Part shown: positions 1 through 7,651 of the stretch, piece after piece
Layout: the number at the start of each line of letters is the position of its first letter
Numbering within the stretch: the first letter of the stretch is position 1
Assembly: GCA_045602645.1 (NCBI GenBank)
Contig: JAZSBZ010000066.1
Location: 1 to 37,561 of the forward strand
DNA from: Candidatus Scatovivens sp.
GTDB lineage: Bacteria; Bacillota; Clostridia; TANB77; CAG-508
Length of the DNA stretch: 37,561 bases
Direction of reading: 5' to 3'
Translations under genes and position numbers: made by a program
Notes under the pieces: generated by a model
Database searches by the model: none
Told to the model about the DNA's origin: nothing
Seen by the model: the letters and a program-made list of their open reading frames with translations, nothing else

Positions 1-195
1 TTTGTAAAGAAAATTCAAGATGTTAATAAAAATTATCTATATTCAACTCAAGTAGAGTTATTAGAAGCAACAGAAATGTATCTTGAGAATAAAGATAGGA
101 TGCTATTTAGAAAGTATTATGATACATTAAGACTTGATATAGATGATATAAATATGTCTGAAAGATTAATGGAAATTTATGAGAAGCTTGTTTAA
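1..195 (+). CDS. 3' end of a CDS running in from the window edge (unknown product)
   Basis: Frame 1 is open from base 1 (FVKKIQDVNK...LMEIYEKLV) to TAA at 193-195 and is followed by a hairpin and T-tract. Confidence 0.7.
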   Translation, partial: FVKKIQDVNKNYLYSTQVELLEATEMYLENKDRMLFRKYYDTLRLDIDDINMSERLMEIYEKLV

Positions 196-329
196 TCAGG
201 CTTCTTTTTTTATACAAAAGATGTATAAAGATTTATAATAAGATGACCCACTTTACATAAAACTTGAAAAAAGCTTGAAAATGTGCTATAATAATAGATG
301 CAATAAAATTTTTAACAGGAGGACACGAT

Positions 330-1349
330 ATGAAAAAAGTCGTAAACTCAACCGGGTTAAACCGGTTAATAGGTTTTGCTGAAAAAAATGGAGTCACAAT
401 GACGGCTCTTTTGGGGATTCCCCCTATTTTTTCTAAAGGACCTACCATCAGAGCAACCGTTGATGAAAACGGTATTACCCACTGCGCAAAAGTCGAAACC
501 GAATACGAATATACTGAACTGGATGTTAAGCTTGATAAGATCAAGAAGAACACCATGGTTGGAGGTATAATTTGTGTAATCCTTGCTTTTATCAATACAT
601 TGGTTCTCACCATGTATGAAGGCTGGGCTTACCAGATTACACTCAATGTTGTGTATTTGGCACTGGCTGTTATGACTAATCCCCTTGCATTTGGAATTTT
701 CTTTTCCAGACTTTTAGGAGATAAGGAAATTGTCAGTTTCTGTAAGTACAATGCTGCAAAGAACGCTGCAATCAATGCTTACAATGACACTGATAAAGTC
801 CCTAATTCCGAAGAGATAAGAGAATATTCCTGGCATGAATGGGAAAGTCCGTTTGTCAGAGGTGGACAGTTCATTACCGTTTTATTAGGTTTCTCAATCT
901 TGAGATTTTTACCGATGGTGCTTTATATCATTTCCGCACTTGCACTGGTAATTATCGTCTTTATGTCCAACATGAAGCCGCTCTCGAGATTTTGGCAATT
1001 CTTGGTTGTGTCACAACCCGATGATGTACACTACAACGCAGCTATTCAAGCACTCCACGATGCCACAGAATTCTATGACAATCTTCACTTCTCTTTAGAT
1101 GATTTTATCCTTGTCGCTGGCGAGGGCTTCGTCGTGAAAGTGAAGTTTGCAGAAAGTGATGGATCTGAGGAAGAAGATTTAAGCAAGGAGAGAGAAGGCA
1201 GCGAAGAACCTGTAGAAGAAGCTATCGCAGAAAATAGCGAAGAAGTATCTGACGCAGATGAATCTGGTGCAGCCCCTGAAACGGAATCTGAAAAAGTAGC
1301 AGATGAAAAAACTGGCGAAACTTCGGAGGAAGAGGAAGGTACAAAGTGA
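330..1349 (+). CDS. Membrane protein, degenerate DUF1385/YqhQ-like, with a long acidic C-terminal tail
   Basis: AGGAGG RBS and upstream TTGAAA/TATAAT. About four hydrophobic helices. YNAAKNAAINAY and WQFLVVSQPDD resemble the DUF1385 motifs YHGAEHKxINxY and LQxLTTxEPDD. Confidence 0.55.
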   Translation: MKKVVNSTGLNRLIGFAEKNGVTMTALLGIPPIFSKGPTIRATVDENGITHCAKVETEYEYTELDVKLDKIKKNTMVGGIICVILAFINTLVLTMYEGWAYQITLNVVYLALAVMTNPLAFGIFFSRLLGDKEIVSFCKYNAAKNAAINAYNDTDKVPNSEEIREYSWHEWESPFVRGGQFITVLLGFSILRFLPMVLYIISALALVIIVFMSNMKPLSRFWQFLVVSQPDDVHYNAAIQALHDATEFYDNLHFSLDDFILVAGEGFVVKVKFAESDGSEEEDLSKEREGSEEPVEEAIAENSEEVSDADESGAAPETESEKVADEKTGETSEEEEGTK

Positions 1350-1407
1350 TTACACTCAGCTCCTGCAGTGTCAAAAAAGGCTTAATTCTAAACGAGCCTA
1401 AAGCTGA

Positions 1408-1430
1408 AACGCCACACAACGTGTGGCGTT
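1408..1430 (+). terminator. Hairpin AACGCCACAC-aac-GTGTGGCGTT, probable terminator
   Basis: Perfect 10-bp inverted repeat after 330..1349; the T-tract is displaced by a few bases. Confidence 0.55.
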
Positions 1431-1621
1431 AAGCATTTTATTTTAAAGTTCATATCTAGTTCATTATATTTTGATAAATCTATAATAGTTAAAAAAGGTA
1501 GAAAAACGCTTCAATTTAAGGTATAATAGTATCGAAATATGTGTTACTAATGAAAAGGCAGAAGAATTGAAGATGATTTTTCTTTTTTTGAACAAGAAAA
1601 TTAAATTTATCAGGAGGATAT

Positions 1622-2296
1622 ATGTTTAAGATTTTACTTGTTGAAGATAATAAGAATATAAGAAAATTAATGACAGCATATTTAAGAAAAAGTAGTTATG
1701 ATGTATATGAAGCTGAAAATGGGGAAGATGCATTAGATGTTTTAGATAGACAACATATAGATCTTATGATAAGCGATATAATGATGCCAAAAATGGATGG
1801 ATATGAGCTTACTAAAGAATTAAGAGATGCAGGATATACATTCCCAATACTTTTTGTTACTGCTAAAGATTCAATAGATGATAAAAGAGAAGGTTTCTTA
1901 TTAGGCGTTGATGACTATATGGTTAAACCAATAGATATGGATGAAATGATATTAAGGGTTGGTGTGCTTTTAAGAAGAGCTAATATAGTTAATCAGAGAA
2001 AATTGAAAATTAAAGATGTTGTTTTATCATATGATGAATATACTTTAGTAAAAGGTGATGAAGTTTATCAATTACCACAAAAAGAATTCCAACTTATATA
2101 TAAACTTTTAAGTTATCCAAATAAGATATTTACAAGACAAGAATTAATTGATGAAATTTGGGGATTAGAAAGTGATTCAGAGCAAAGAACTGTAGATGTA
2201 CATATAAAAAGATTAAGAGAAAAGTTTGAAAAATTTGAGGAATTTGAAATAGTTACAATTAGAGGAGTCGGCTATAAAGGAATAATTAAAAATTAG
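1622..2296 (+). CDS. OmpR-family response regulator (HssR-like)
   Basis: Receiver domain (LLVED, DIMMPKMDG, TAK, DDYMVKP) plus winged helix (RTVDVHIKRLREK, TIRGVGY); AGGAGG RBS. Confidence 0.95.
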   Translation: MFKILLVEDNKNIRKLMTAYLRKSSYDVYEAENGEDALDVLDRQHIDLMISDIMMPKMDGYELTKELRDAGYTFPILFVTAKDSIDDKREGFLLGVDDYMVKPIDMDEMILRVGVLLRRANIVNQRKLKIKDVVLSYDEYTLVKGDEVYQLPQKEFQLIYKLLSYPNKIFTRQELIDEIWGLESDSEQRTVDVHIKRLREKFEKFEEFEIVTIRGVGYKGIIKN

Positions 2297-2311
2297 ATTG
2301 GTAAGATAGTT

Positions 2312-3445
2312 ATGAGTAAAGAAAAAGAGAGAAAATTATCTGAAAAAGAAAATGAAAAAAATAGTAAAAAACCGAAAGTAAAATCACTATATAAATACAT
2401 GATTTTTGCACTTATAATTGTACTTATAATAATGTTTTTACTTACTAGCTTATATTTTAGATATGCAAGATATTATTTATTTGAAATGCTTCATGTACAA
2501 GGTATAGATTTTAGTTCTATAGATACTCAAAGAGTGGTTGGAGGTGTAATTGGAGCTGTTTTTGAAACAGTTATTCTAGCCGCTATTTTAGGTGTAGTTA
2601 TGATTCTTATTGTATTTAAGCATATTGTTGCACCAGTAAGGAAAATGACAGAAGCAACAAAGAAAGTTGCAAAAGGAGATTTTAAAGTTCAACTTGAAAA
2701 TGAAAATAGAAAAGATGAGTTTGGAGTTCTTACTAAAAATTTTAATAAAATGGTTAGAGAACTTGAAAGTAATGAGTATTTAAGTAAAGAATTTATGAGT
2801 AATGTATCTCATGAATTTAAAACTCCAATAGCATCAATCCAAGGATTTGCAAAATTATTAAAAGATAAACGTATAACAAATAAAGAAAAGGCAGAATATA
2901 TAGATATAATTATTGAAGAGTCAGAAAGACTAGCTAATTTATCTACTAGTATACAAAACTTAACAAAGATAGAAAACAAAAAAGAAATCTTTAAAAAAGA
3001 AAAAGTAGCGGTAGATGAACAAATAAGAAAATGTGTTGTTTTACTAAATTCTAAACTTGAAGAAAAGAATATTGAAATAGGTATGGATGAAGATAGAGAT
3101 GTTTTCGTTAATGCAAGTGAAGATATGTTACATCAAGTATGGATGAATTTGATAAATAATGCAATTAAATATACAGAAAAAGATGGAAGAATAGATTTAA
3201 TTATAGATGAATATGAGACTGAAGTTAGAGTAGAAGTTAAAGATAATGGAATTGGTATTAAAGAGGAAAACTTAAGTAAAATATTTGATAAATTCTATCA
3301 AGAAGATGAATCTCATTATTCAGAAGGAAGTGGACTTGGCCTTGCTATAGTAAAGAAAATAGTAGAGCTTCATAAAGGAAAGATTGAAGTAAAAAGTAAG
3401 CTAGGAGAAGGAACTTCGTTTATAGTTGTTATTCCAAAAGATTAA
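2312..3445 (+). CDS. Sensor histidine kinase (2 TM, HAMP, HisKA, HATPase)
   Basis: H box NVSHEFKTP, N box NLINNAIKY, G1 DNGIGI, G2 GSGLGLAIVK; adjacent to the response regulator. Confidence 0.95.
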   Translation: MSKEKERKLSEKENEKNSKKPKVKSLYKYMIFALIIVLIIMFLLTSLYFRYARYYLFEMLHVQGIDFSSIDTQRVVGGVIGAVFETVILAAILGVVMILIVFKHIVAPVRKMTEATKKVAKGDFKVQLENENRKDEFGVLTKNFNKMVRELESNEYLSKEFMSNVSHEFKTPIASIQGFAKLLKDKRITNKEKAEYIDIIIEESERLANLSTSIQNLTKIENKKEIFKKEKVAVDEQIRKCVVLLNSKLEEKNIEIGMDEDRDVFVNASEDMLHQVWMNLINNAIKYTEKDGRIDLIIDEYETEVRVEVKDNGIGIKEENLSKIFDKFYQEDESHYSEGSGLGLAIVKKIVELHKGKIEVKSKLGEGTSFIVVIPKD

Positions 3446-3448
3446 AAT

Positions 3449-3505
3449 AAAACTCATAGGAATCCACAAAACATTAATAAAATGTGGAAAAACCTATGAG
3501 TTTTT
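3449..3505. terminator. Bidirectional terminator between the kinase and the trxA operon
   Basis: AAAACTCATAGG...CCTATGAGTTTT with an inner TCCACA/TGTGGA stem, between convergent genes. Confidence 0.75.
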
Positions 3506-3547
3506 TATATTCTTGTTTATAATTTTGCTATTAATTTGTTAATAATA

Positions 3548-3727
3548 TTAGTCTTTTTTTACAAATAATTTACATCTACAAACTCCTGTATTAGTAAATT
3601 CATCACATGGGCAAAGAGTTGTCTCATCTTGAGTAACTCTACATGGACAGTGTCCGTCTTTTTTATAAATTCCATCAATAATTTTTTGAGCATATTCTTT
3701 GTCTGGATTAATAATATAACCTTTCAT
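3548..3727 (-). CDS. Ferredoxin-thioredoxin reductase catalytic-subunit-like protein, 59 aa (absent from the ORF track)
   Basis: Hand translation: MKGYIINPDKEYAQKIIDGIYKKDGHCPCRVTQDETTLCPCDEFTNTGVCRCKLFVKKD. It has the CPC...CPC...CxC signature and an AAGGAG RBS right after the trxA stop. Confidence 0.85.
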   Translation of the reverse strand: MKGYIINPDKEYAQKIIDGIYKKDGHCPCRVTQDETTLCPCDEFTNTGVCRCKLFVKKD

Positions 3728-3738
3728 ATAATTCTCCT

Positions 3739-4050
3739 TTATTTTAGTTTGTTTAATTCTTCAAGTAATTCTTTTTCTGATCGGAATCCTTCTAATGTTT
3801 TAACCATATTTCCGCCTTTAAATATAATTAAAGTTGGAACTACCTCAACGCTATATTTCATAGCTAATGCTACTGATTCATCTATATCTACTTTTACGAT
3901 TTTAAATTCATCATTTTCATTTGATATTTTTTCTAGTACTGGTGTAAGCATTTGGCAAGGTCCACACCATACAGCAAAAAAGTCTACTACTGTTAATTTT
4001 TCTTCATTTAATACTTCATTTTCGAAGTTTGTTTCGTTAATTACTTTCAT
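3739..4050 (-). CDS. trxA: Thioredoxin
   Basis: WCGPC active site, cis-Pro VPT motif, 103 aa, AGGAGG RBS. Confidence 0.95.
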   Translation of the reverse strand: MKVINETNFENEVLNEEKLTVVDFFAVWCGPCQMLTPVLEKISNENDEFKIVKVDIDESVALAMKYSVEVVPTLIIFKGGNMVKTLEGFRSEKELLEELNKLK

Positions 4051-4156
4051 AAAATTACCTCCTTTAAAAATTAATATAGTATTTCAAAAATATTTTACAA
4101 GAAGAAAAAGGCATTGTCAATAAAAATGAAAATGGCAAGATACAATTAAAAAAATA

Positions 4157-4186
4157 TTGACATACAGTAAAAAAGTAGCATATAAT
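4157..4186 (+). promoter_or_regulatory. Sigma-A promoter of the trpB leader
   Basis: Consensus TTGACA (4157-4162), 18 nt, TATAAT (4181-4186). Confidence 0.8.
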
Positions 4187-4217
4187 AATAGTATAATATT
4201 TTTCAGGAGACATAGCC

Positions 4218-4298
4218 ATGAAGTGTTTTAATGATGTAAAACAAAATAATTTATGGCAAGTATGGGTTAAAAATAGCTCATACTATATTGTCATGTAA
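4218..4298 (+). CDS. Trp leader peptide MKCFNDVKQNNLWQVWVKNSSYYIVM
   Basis: AGGAGA RBS, ATG at 4218, TGG codons at 4254 and 4263, TAA at 4296-4298; overlaps the attenuator hairpins. Confidence 0.7.
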   Translation: MKCFNDVKQNNLWQVWVKNSSYYIVM

Positions 4299-4372
4299 AA
4301 ATATTTAGTTAATCTATTTATTGTATACGAAGGCGTATGTATGAGTAATTGAGCTCGTATGTGCGCTTTTTT
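4259..4372 (+). promoter_or_regulatory. Transcription attenuator (1:2 protector, 2:3 antiterminator, 3:4 terminator)
   Basis: 1:2 is AGTATGGGTTA-aaaa-TAGCTCATACT (4259-4284). 2:3 is CTCATAC (4277-4283) with GTATGAG (4339-4345). 3:4 is GCGTATGTATGAG/CTCGTATGTGCGC followed by TTTTTT (4333-4372). Confidence 0.75.
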
Positions 4373-4395
4373 GTTGTATTAAGGAGGTGGGATAT

Positions 4396-4560
4396 ATGAA
4401 CAAAAATTGGCACTGGCCTATGGCCAGAGAAAGAAAATTAAATATTAAGTCAAAAACAAATTTAAAAAATAAAATTGAAAAGGAGATTTTTTATTATGGA
4501 AAATTATGGAGAATTTGGTGGTTTATATGTGCCACAAAACTTAAGAGAAAGATTAGATGA
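4396..4560 (+). CDS. Second Trp-containing uORF (MNKNWHWP..., 54 aa) overlapping the trpB start out of frame
   Basis: Strong AAGGAGGTG RBS (4381-4389), ATG at 4396, Trp codons 5 and 7; reads through the trpB RBS to TGA at 4558-4560. Confidence 0.5.
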   Translation: MNKNWHWPMARERKLNIKSKTNLKNKIEKEIFYYGKLWRIWWFICATKLKRKIR

Positions 4561-5656
4561 AGTAAAGAAGGAATTTGAAAAACAAAAAGATAATGAGGAA
4601 TTTAATAAAGAATATATTTATTATTTAAAACAATATGTTGGAAGACCAACACCGGTATATTATGCAGAAAATTTAAGCAAAAGCTTAGGTGGAGCTAAAA
4701 TCTATTTAAAAAGGGAAGATTTAAATCATACAGGTGCTCACAAAATAAACAATGCTATTGGCCAAATACTTCTTGCTAAAAAGATGGGAAAAACACATGT
4801 AATTGCAGAGACTGGAGCTGGGCAACATGGTGTAGCAACAGCAACTGTATGTAGCTTATTTGATATAAAATGCACAATATTTATGGGGAAAGAAGATATA
4901 AGAAGACAAAGAGTTAATGTAGAGAAAATGAAACTTTTAGGTGCTACAGTAAGAGAAGTAACTAGAGGTGAAGGTGTATTAAAAGATGCTGTAGATGATG
5001 CGTTTGAATTTTTTGTAGAAAATGATGATGTGTTTTACTTAATTGGATCTGCAGTAGGTCCTGCACCATATCCAGAAATGGTTAAACACTTTCAAAAGAT
5101 TATCGGGGAAGAAGCTAAAAAACAAGTAAAAGAGTTAGAAGGAAAATTACCTAAAGCAGTAATTGCTTGTGTAGGTGGTGGAAGTAATGCAATAGGGATG
5201 TTTACTGATTTTGTTAAAGAAGAAAATGTTAAATTATATGGAATAGAAGGAGCAGGTCTTGGAATAGAAACAGGAAAACATGCGGCAAGTATGCAAAATA
5301 ATACGATTGGAATTATGCATGGAATGAAAACTTATATTATGCAAGATAAAGATGGAAATGTAAAAGATGCATATTCAATTTCAGCAGGACTTGATTATCC
5401 AGGTATTGGGCCAGAACATGCATATTTATCAAGTATAGGTAGAGTAAAATATGATTCAATTACTGATAAGGAAGCAGTAAATGCCTTTAAAGCATTAACA
5501 AGATATGAAGGAATTATTCCAGCATTAGAGTCTAGCCATGCGGTAGCATATAGTATGAAAATAGCAAAAGAATATGATAAAGATGATATTATTTTAGTTA
5601 ATTTATCTGGAAGAGGCGATAAAGATATTGAGCAAATTTTATCTTTAGAAGATTAA
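4496..5656 (+). CDS. trpB: Tryptophan synthase beta chain (stand-alone)
   Basis: PLP-lysine motif [51 protein letters not shown]. The probable start is ATG 4496 after AAGGAG. Confidence 0.97.
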   Translation: MENYGEFGGLYVPQNLRERLDEVKKEFEKQKDNEEFNKEYIYYLKQYVGRPTPVYYAENLSKSLGGAKIYLKREDLNHTGAHKINNAIGQILLAKKMGKTHVIAETGAGQHGVATATVCSLFDIKCTIFMGKEDIRRQRVNVEKMKLLGATVREVTRGEGVLKDAVDDAFEFFVENDDVFYLIGSAVGPAPYPEMVKHFQKIIGEEAKKQVKELEGKLPKAVIACVGGGSNAIGMFTDFVKEENVKLYGIEGAGLGIETGKHAASMQNNTIGIMHGMKTYIMQDKDGNVKDAYSISAGLDYPGIGPEHAYLSSIGRVKYDSITDKEAVNAFKALTRYEGIIPALESSHAVAYSMKIAKEYDKDDIILVNLSGRGDKDIEQILSLED

Positions 5657-6021
5657 TATAACTTTTGTAAATTAGAAATAAGGATAAGTAAATTTTTTGG
5701 AGTAATGTAGATATAATCAAAGTCTAGTTTAAACACGGCTGGAAAATTAGTTTTAAATTTATCGAGGTTTAATCTTGTAAAAAGATTTTCTATATTTTTG
5801 ATAATTTGTTTTTCAGGTTTATTAAAATTTTTACTAGTTAAAGAGCATAAATCTATTAGCTTAATTTCATCGAGATTAAATTCTGAAGAGTTTTTAATTA
5901 AATCTCTATAATAGATATACCCCTTAGAGCAAATATTAAATCCTAGTCGATTTAAAATAGAATCAATATTTAAAAAATTAAATAATTGTTTATCTTCAGT
6001 ACAACTATTAATTTTTTCCAT
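5653..6021 (-). CDS. Stand-alone Spo0A C-terminal (DNA-binding)-like domain protein
   Basis: [21 protein letters not shown] resembles Spo0A_C IIHEIGVPAHIKGYxYLREAI, followed by an HTH-like segment and PKNLLILIS. Start ATG 6021 after AGGAGGT. No receiver domain. Confidence 0.65.
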   Translation of the reverse strand: MEKINSCTEDKQLFNFLNIDSILNRLGFNICSKGYIYYRDLIKNSSEFNLDEIKLIDLCSLTSKNFNKPEKQIIKNIENLFTRLNLDKFKTNFPAVFKLDFDYIYITPKNLLILISNLQKLY

Positions 6022-6081
6022 ATTGTAACCTCCTGATGAGTATAATTTACACGAAATAAAAGAAAACATCAAATTAAAAGT

Positions 6082-6223
6082 GTTGCGCATCGCGCGACAA
6101 AAATAGAGTATAAAAGTTGCATTGTATGCAACAAAAATGAAAGGAATCTTAAAAGTACAAATAAATTAAAAAAGAAAAAGAAGTAAAAATTAAAAAATCA
6201 GAAAAAGTTGATTTTTACGCAAC
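6082..6223. promoter_or_regulatory. Operator cluster A: three 17-bp GTTG-N9-CAAC-type sites
   Basis: GTTGCGCATCGCGCGAC (6082-6098), GTTGCATTGTATGCAAC (6116-6132), GTTGATTTTTACGCAAC (6207-6223). Confidence 0.75.
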
Positions 6224-6246
6224 AAAGCCGGCTATTAGCCGGCTTT
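6224..6246 (-). terminator. Terminator of 6258..6998
   Basis: AAAGCCGGCTA-t-TAGCCGGCTTT inverted repeat just past the stop codon. Confidence 0.75.
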
Positions 6247-6257
6247 AATGTTTTTAT

Positions 6258-6998
6258 TTATTTTTTTGATTCTTTATTATTAATTATTCTAAAAGATTTG
6301 TAATCTTCTTCAGAATATGTTTTCATATCTTCTTTTGAAAGACAGTCATATGTATAAGTTAATTTTTCTCTTGTTTTAAGTACTTCTACATCATCTCTTA
6401 CAGTATATTCTTCTCTACATACAATACATCCAGTTTCATGATCTACGTAGTAGTAATCAACTTCGTTATGATCTTCATAGTAAGAAGTAAATGAAATTAA
6501 GAAACATCTTGTTTCTTCATAAAATTCAATTCCATGATATTCATAGTTGTATAAATTTTCATTTGCAGCATGTTTTCTGATATATGTATCAAAGTATATT
6601 GAAAAGTTATCATAGCAATAATCAAAGAAAATATCATCAATAGAGACGGTATTATTATCAATGTTTACTGTAACTTGAGTATTGCTTGAAAAATCAGTAT
6701 ATGTTTTTTCTACTATATTTCCAATATCGTTATATCCGTCTACGTATAAGTTATCATCTAATCTGTATATTTCTGCAACAGTAAATGTTTCGTCAAGTTC
6801 AGAATCATACATTTCATATTTTGCTAAATAGTTATTAGAAATATGTTCTGGGTTTTGAATTTTTTCAAGAACAATTCCTAAAGTATTCCTTTGAATTGTA
6901 AAAAAATGAATAGCATTGTTAAACAGTATATATAAAATCCCTATACCAACAGCGGCTATTATTAGAAATGAAAGTATACTTGCTAATTTCTTTTTCAT
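6258..6998 (-). CDS. Membrane-anchored extracellular hypothetical protein (Tyr/acidic, beta-rich)
   Basis: MKKK plus an N-terminal hydrophobic helix; GGAGGT RBS before ATG 6998. Confidence 0.75.
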   Translation of the reverse strand: MKKKLASILSFLIIAAVGIGILYILFNNAIHFFTIQRNTLGIVLEKIQNPEHISNNYLAKYEMYDSELDETFTVAEIYRLDDNLYVDGYNDIGNIVEKTYTDFSSNTQVTVNIDNNTVSIDDIFFDYCYDNFSIYFDTYIRKHAANENLYNYEYHGIEFYEETRCFLISFTSYYEDHNEVDYYYVDHETGCIVCREEYTVRDDVEVLKTREKLTYTYDCLSKEDMKTYSEEDYKSFRIINNKESKK

Positions 6999-7109
6999 AA
7001 GTACCTCCATAAGAGTAAATCTATAATAATGGTATTAATAAATTAAGAAAAAGTCAATGTTATAAAGGATAAATAAAAGATGATTTATGAAATACTTTTT
7101 GATTATTAA

Positions 7110-7140
7110 AAAGAAAAAGCGCCGGTAACCCAGCGCCTTT
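7110..7140 (-). terminator. Terminator of the small-peptide transcript
   Basis: Minus strand GCGCTGG-gtta-CCGGCGC followed by TTTTTCTTTT. Confidence 0.75.
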
Positions 7141-7171
7141 GGAGTTTTTAGATAAAAAATAATTCAAACTT

Positions 7172-7240
7172 TTATGCGATATGTCCATCGATAGAATAAC
7201 ATGCAACAGATCCATCAATGCATGGAAAAATATTTTTCAT
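7172..7240 (-). CDS. 22-aa peptide MKNIFPCIDGSVACYSIDGHIA (absent from the ORF track)
   Basis: AAAGGAG RBS, ATG 7240, TAA 7172-7174, internal IDGxxA repeat, its own promoter and terminator. Confidence 0.6.
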   Translation of the reverse strand: MKNIFPCIDGSVACYSIDGHIA

Positions 7241-7266
7241 TTGTTCTTTTCTCCTTTCATTAGATT

Positions 7267-7444
7267 CATTAAAGTGCGATTACTTGTTTTTAGTTCAAAC
7301 GCATCTTTATGAATGCATAAGGAGATAAGAATCTCAAGTAATATAAAATCCAGGCACTCACGATTGCCTGGAAAATTGTTTTTCAAGGCTTCGCTAGCGC
7401 GTCTGGAGTATACTTGACTATAAACTCCATATATATCTTTAATG
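7267..7444 (-). ncRNA. Unassigned multi-branched structured RNA (5' leader of the 22-aa peptide)
   Basis: Closing stem CATTAAAG/CTTTAATG. Hairpins at 7404-7429 and 7349-7372 (TCCAGGCA/TGCCTGGA). ATTACTTG/CAAGTAAT stem at 7279-7342 encloses two small hairpins. A TTGATT-17-TAAACT promoter lies just upstream. Confidence 0.5.
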
Positions 7445-7491
7445 TGTAACAAGAGTTTATCAAAATAAAATTATAAAATCAAAATTAAAGC

Positions 7492-7634
7492 GTTGCGCAT
7501 TAGGAAACCAATAGTTGCTTAAAATGCAACAAAATAGAGGAAAAGACTTGAAAAATAAGGATAAAGGTGATAAAATGTTTATGTTAACTTTAATATAATT
7601 ACTTAATTCATATAAACGTTGATTTTTACGCAAC
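7492..7634. promoter_or_regulatory. Operator cluster B and divergent promoters of the XRE gene and the peptide transcript
   Basis: GTTGCGCATTAGGAAAC (7492-7508), GTTGCTTAAAATGCAAC (7514-7530), GTTGATTTTTACGCAAC (7618-7634). XRE promoter TTGAAA (7548), 17 nt, TAAAAT (7571). Confidence 0.75.
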
Positions 7635-7651
7635 GATTTTTGGAGGTGGCT

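Noticed and set aside
3629-4123. 164-aa plus-strand ORF and other short antisense ORFs (e.g. 233..613, 13558..13749, 14320..14712, 17620..17847, 19505..19774, 25195..25488)
   Set aside because: They overlap well-supported genes on the opposite strand and have Phe/Ser/Ile-rich shadow composition.
4187-4380. T-box or TRAP site upstream of trpB
   Set aside because: No AAxxxGGGTGGxACCGCG T-box core, specifier stem or regular (G/T)AG repeats were found.
4507-4521. WRIWW cluster in uORF2 as evidence of Trp sensing
   Set aside because: It arises from the conserved trpB YGEFGG codons read in another frame.
7237-7452. 71-aa ORF from the track
   Set aside because: TTG start at the predicted transcription start with no RBS; the region is better explained as a structured leader. 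Leaderless translation is not strictly excluded.
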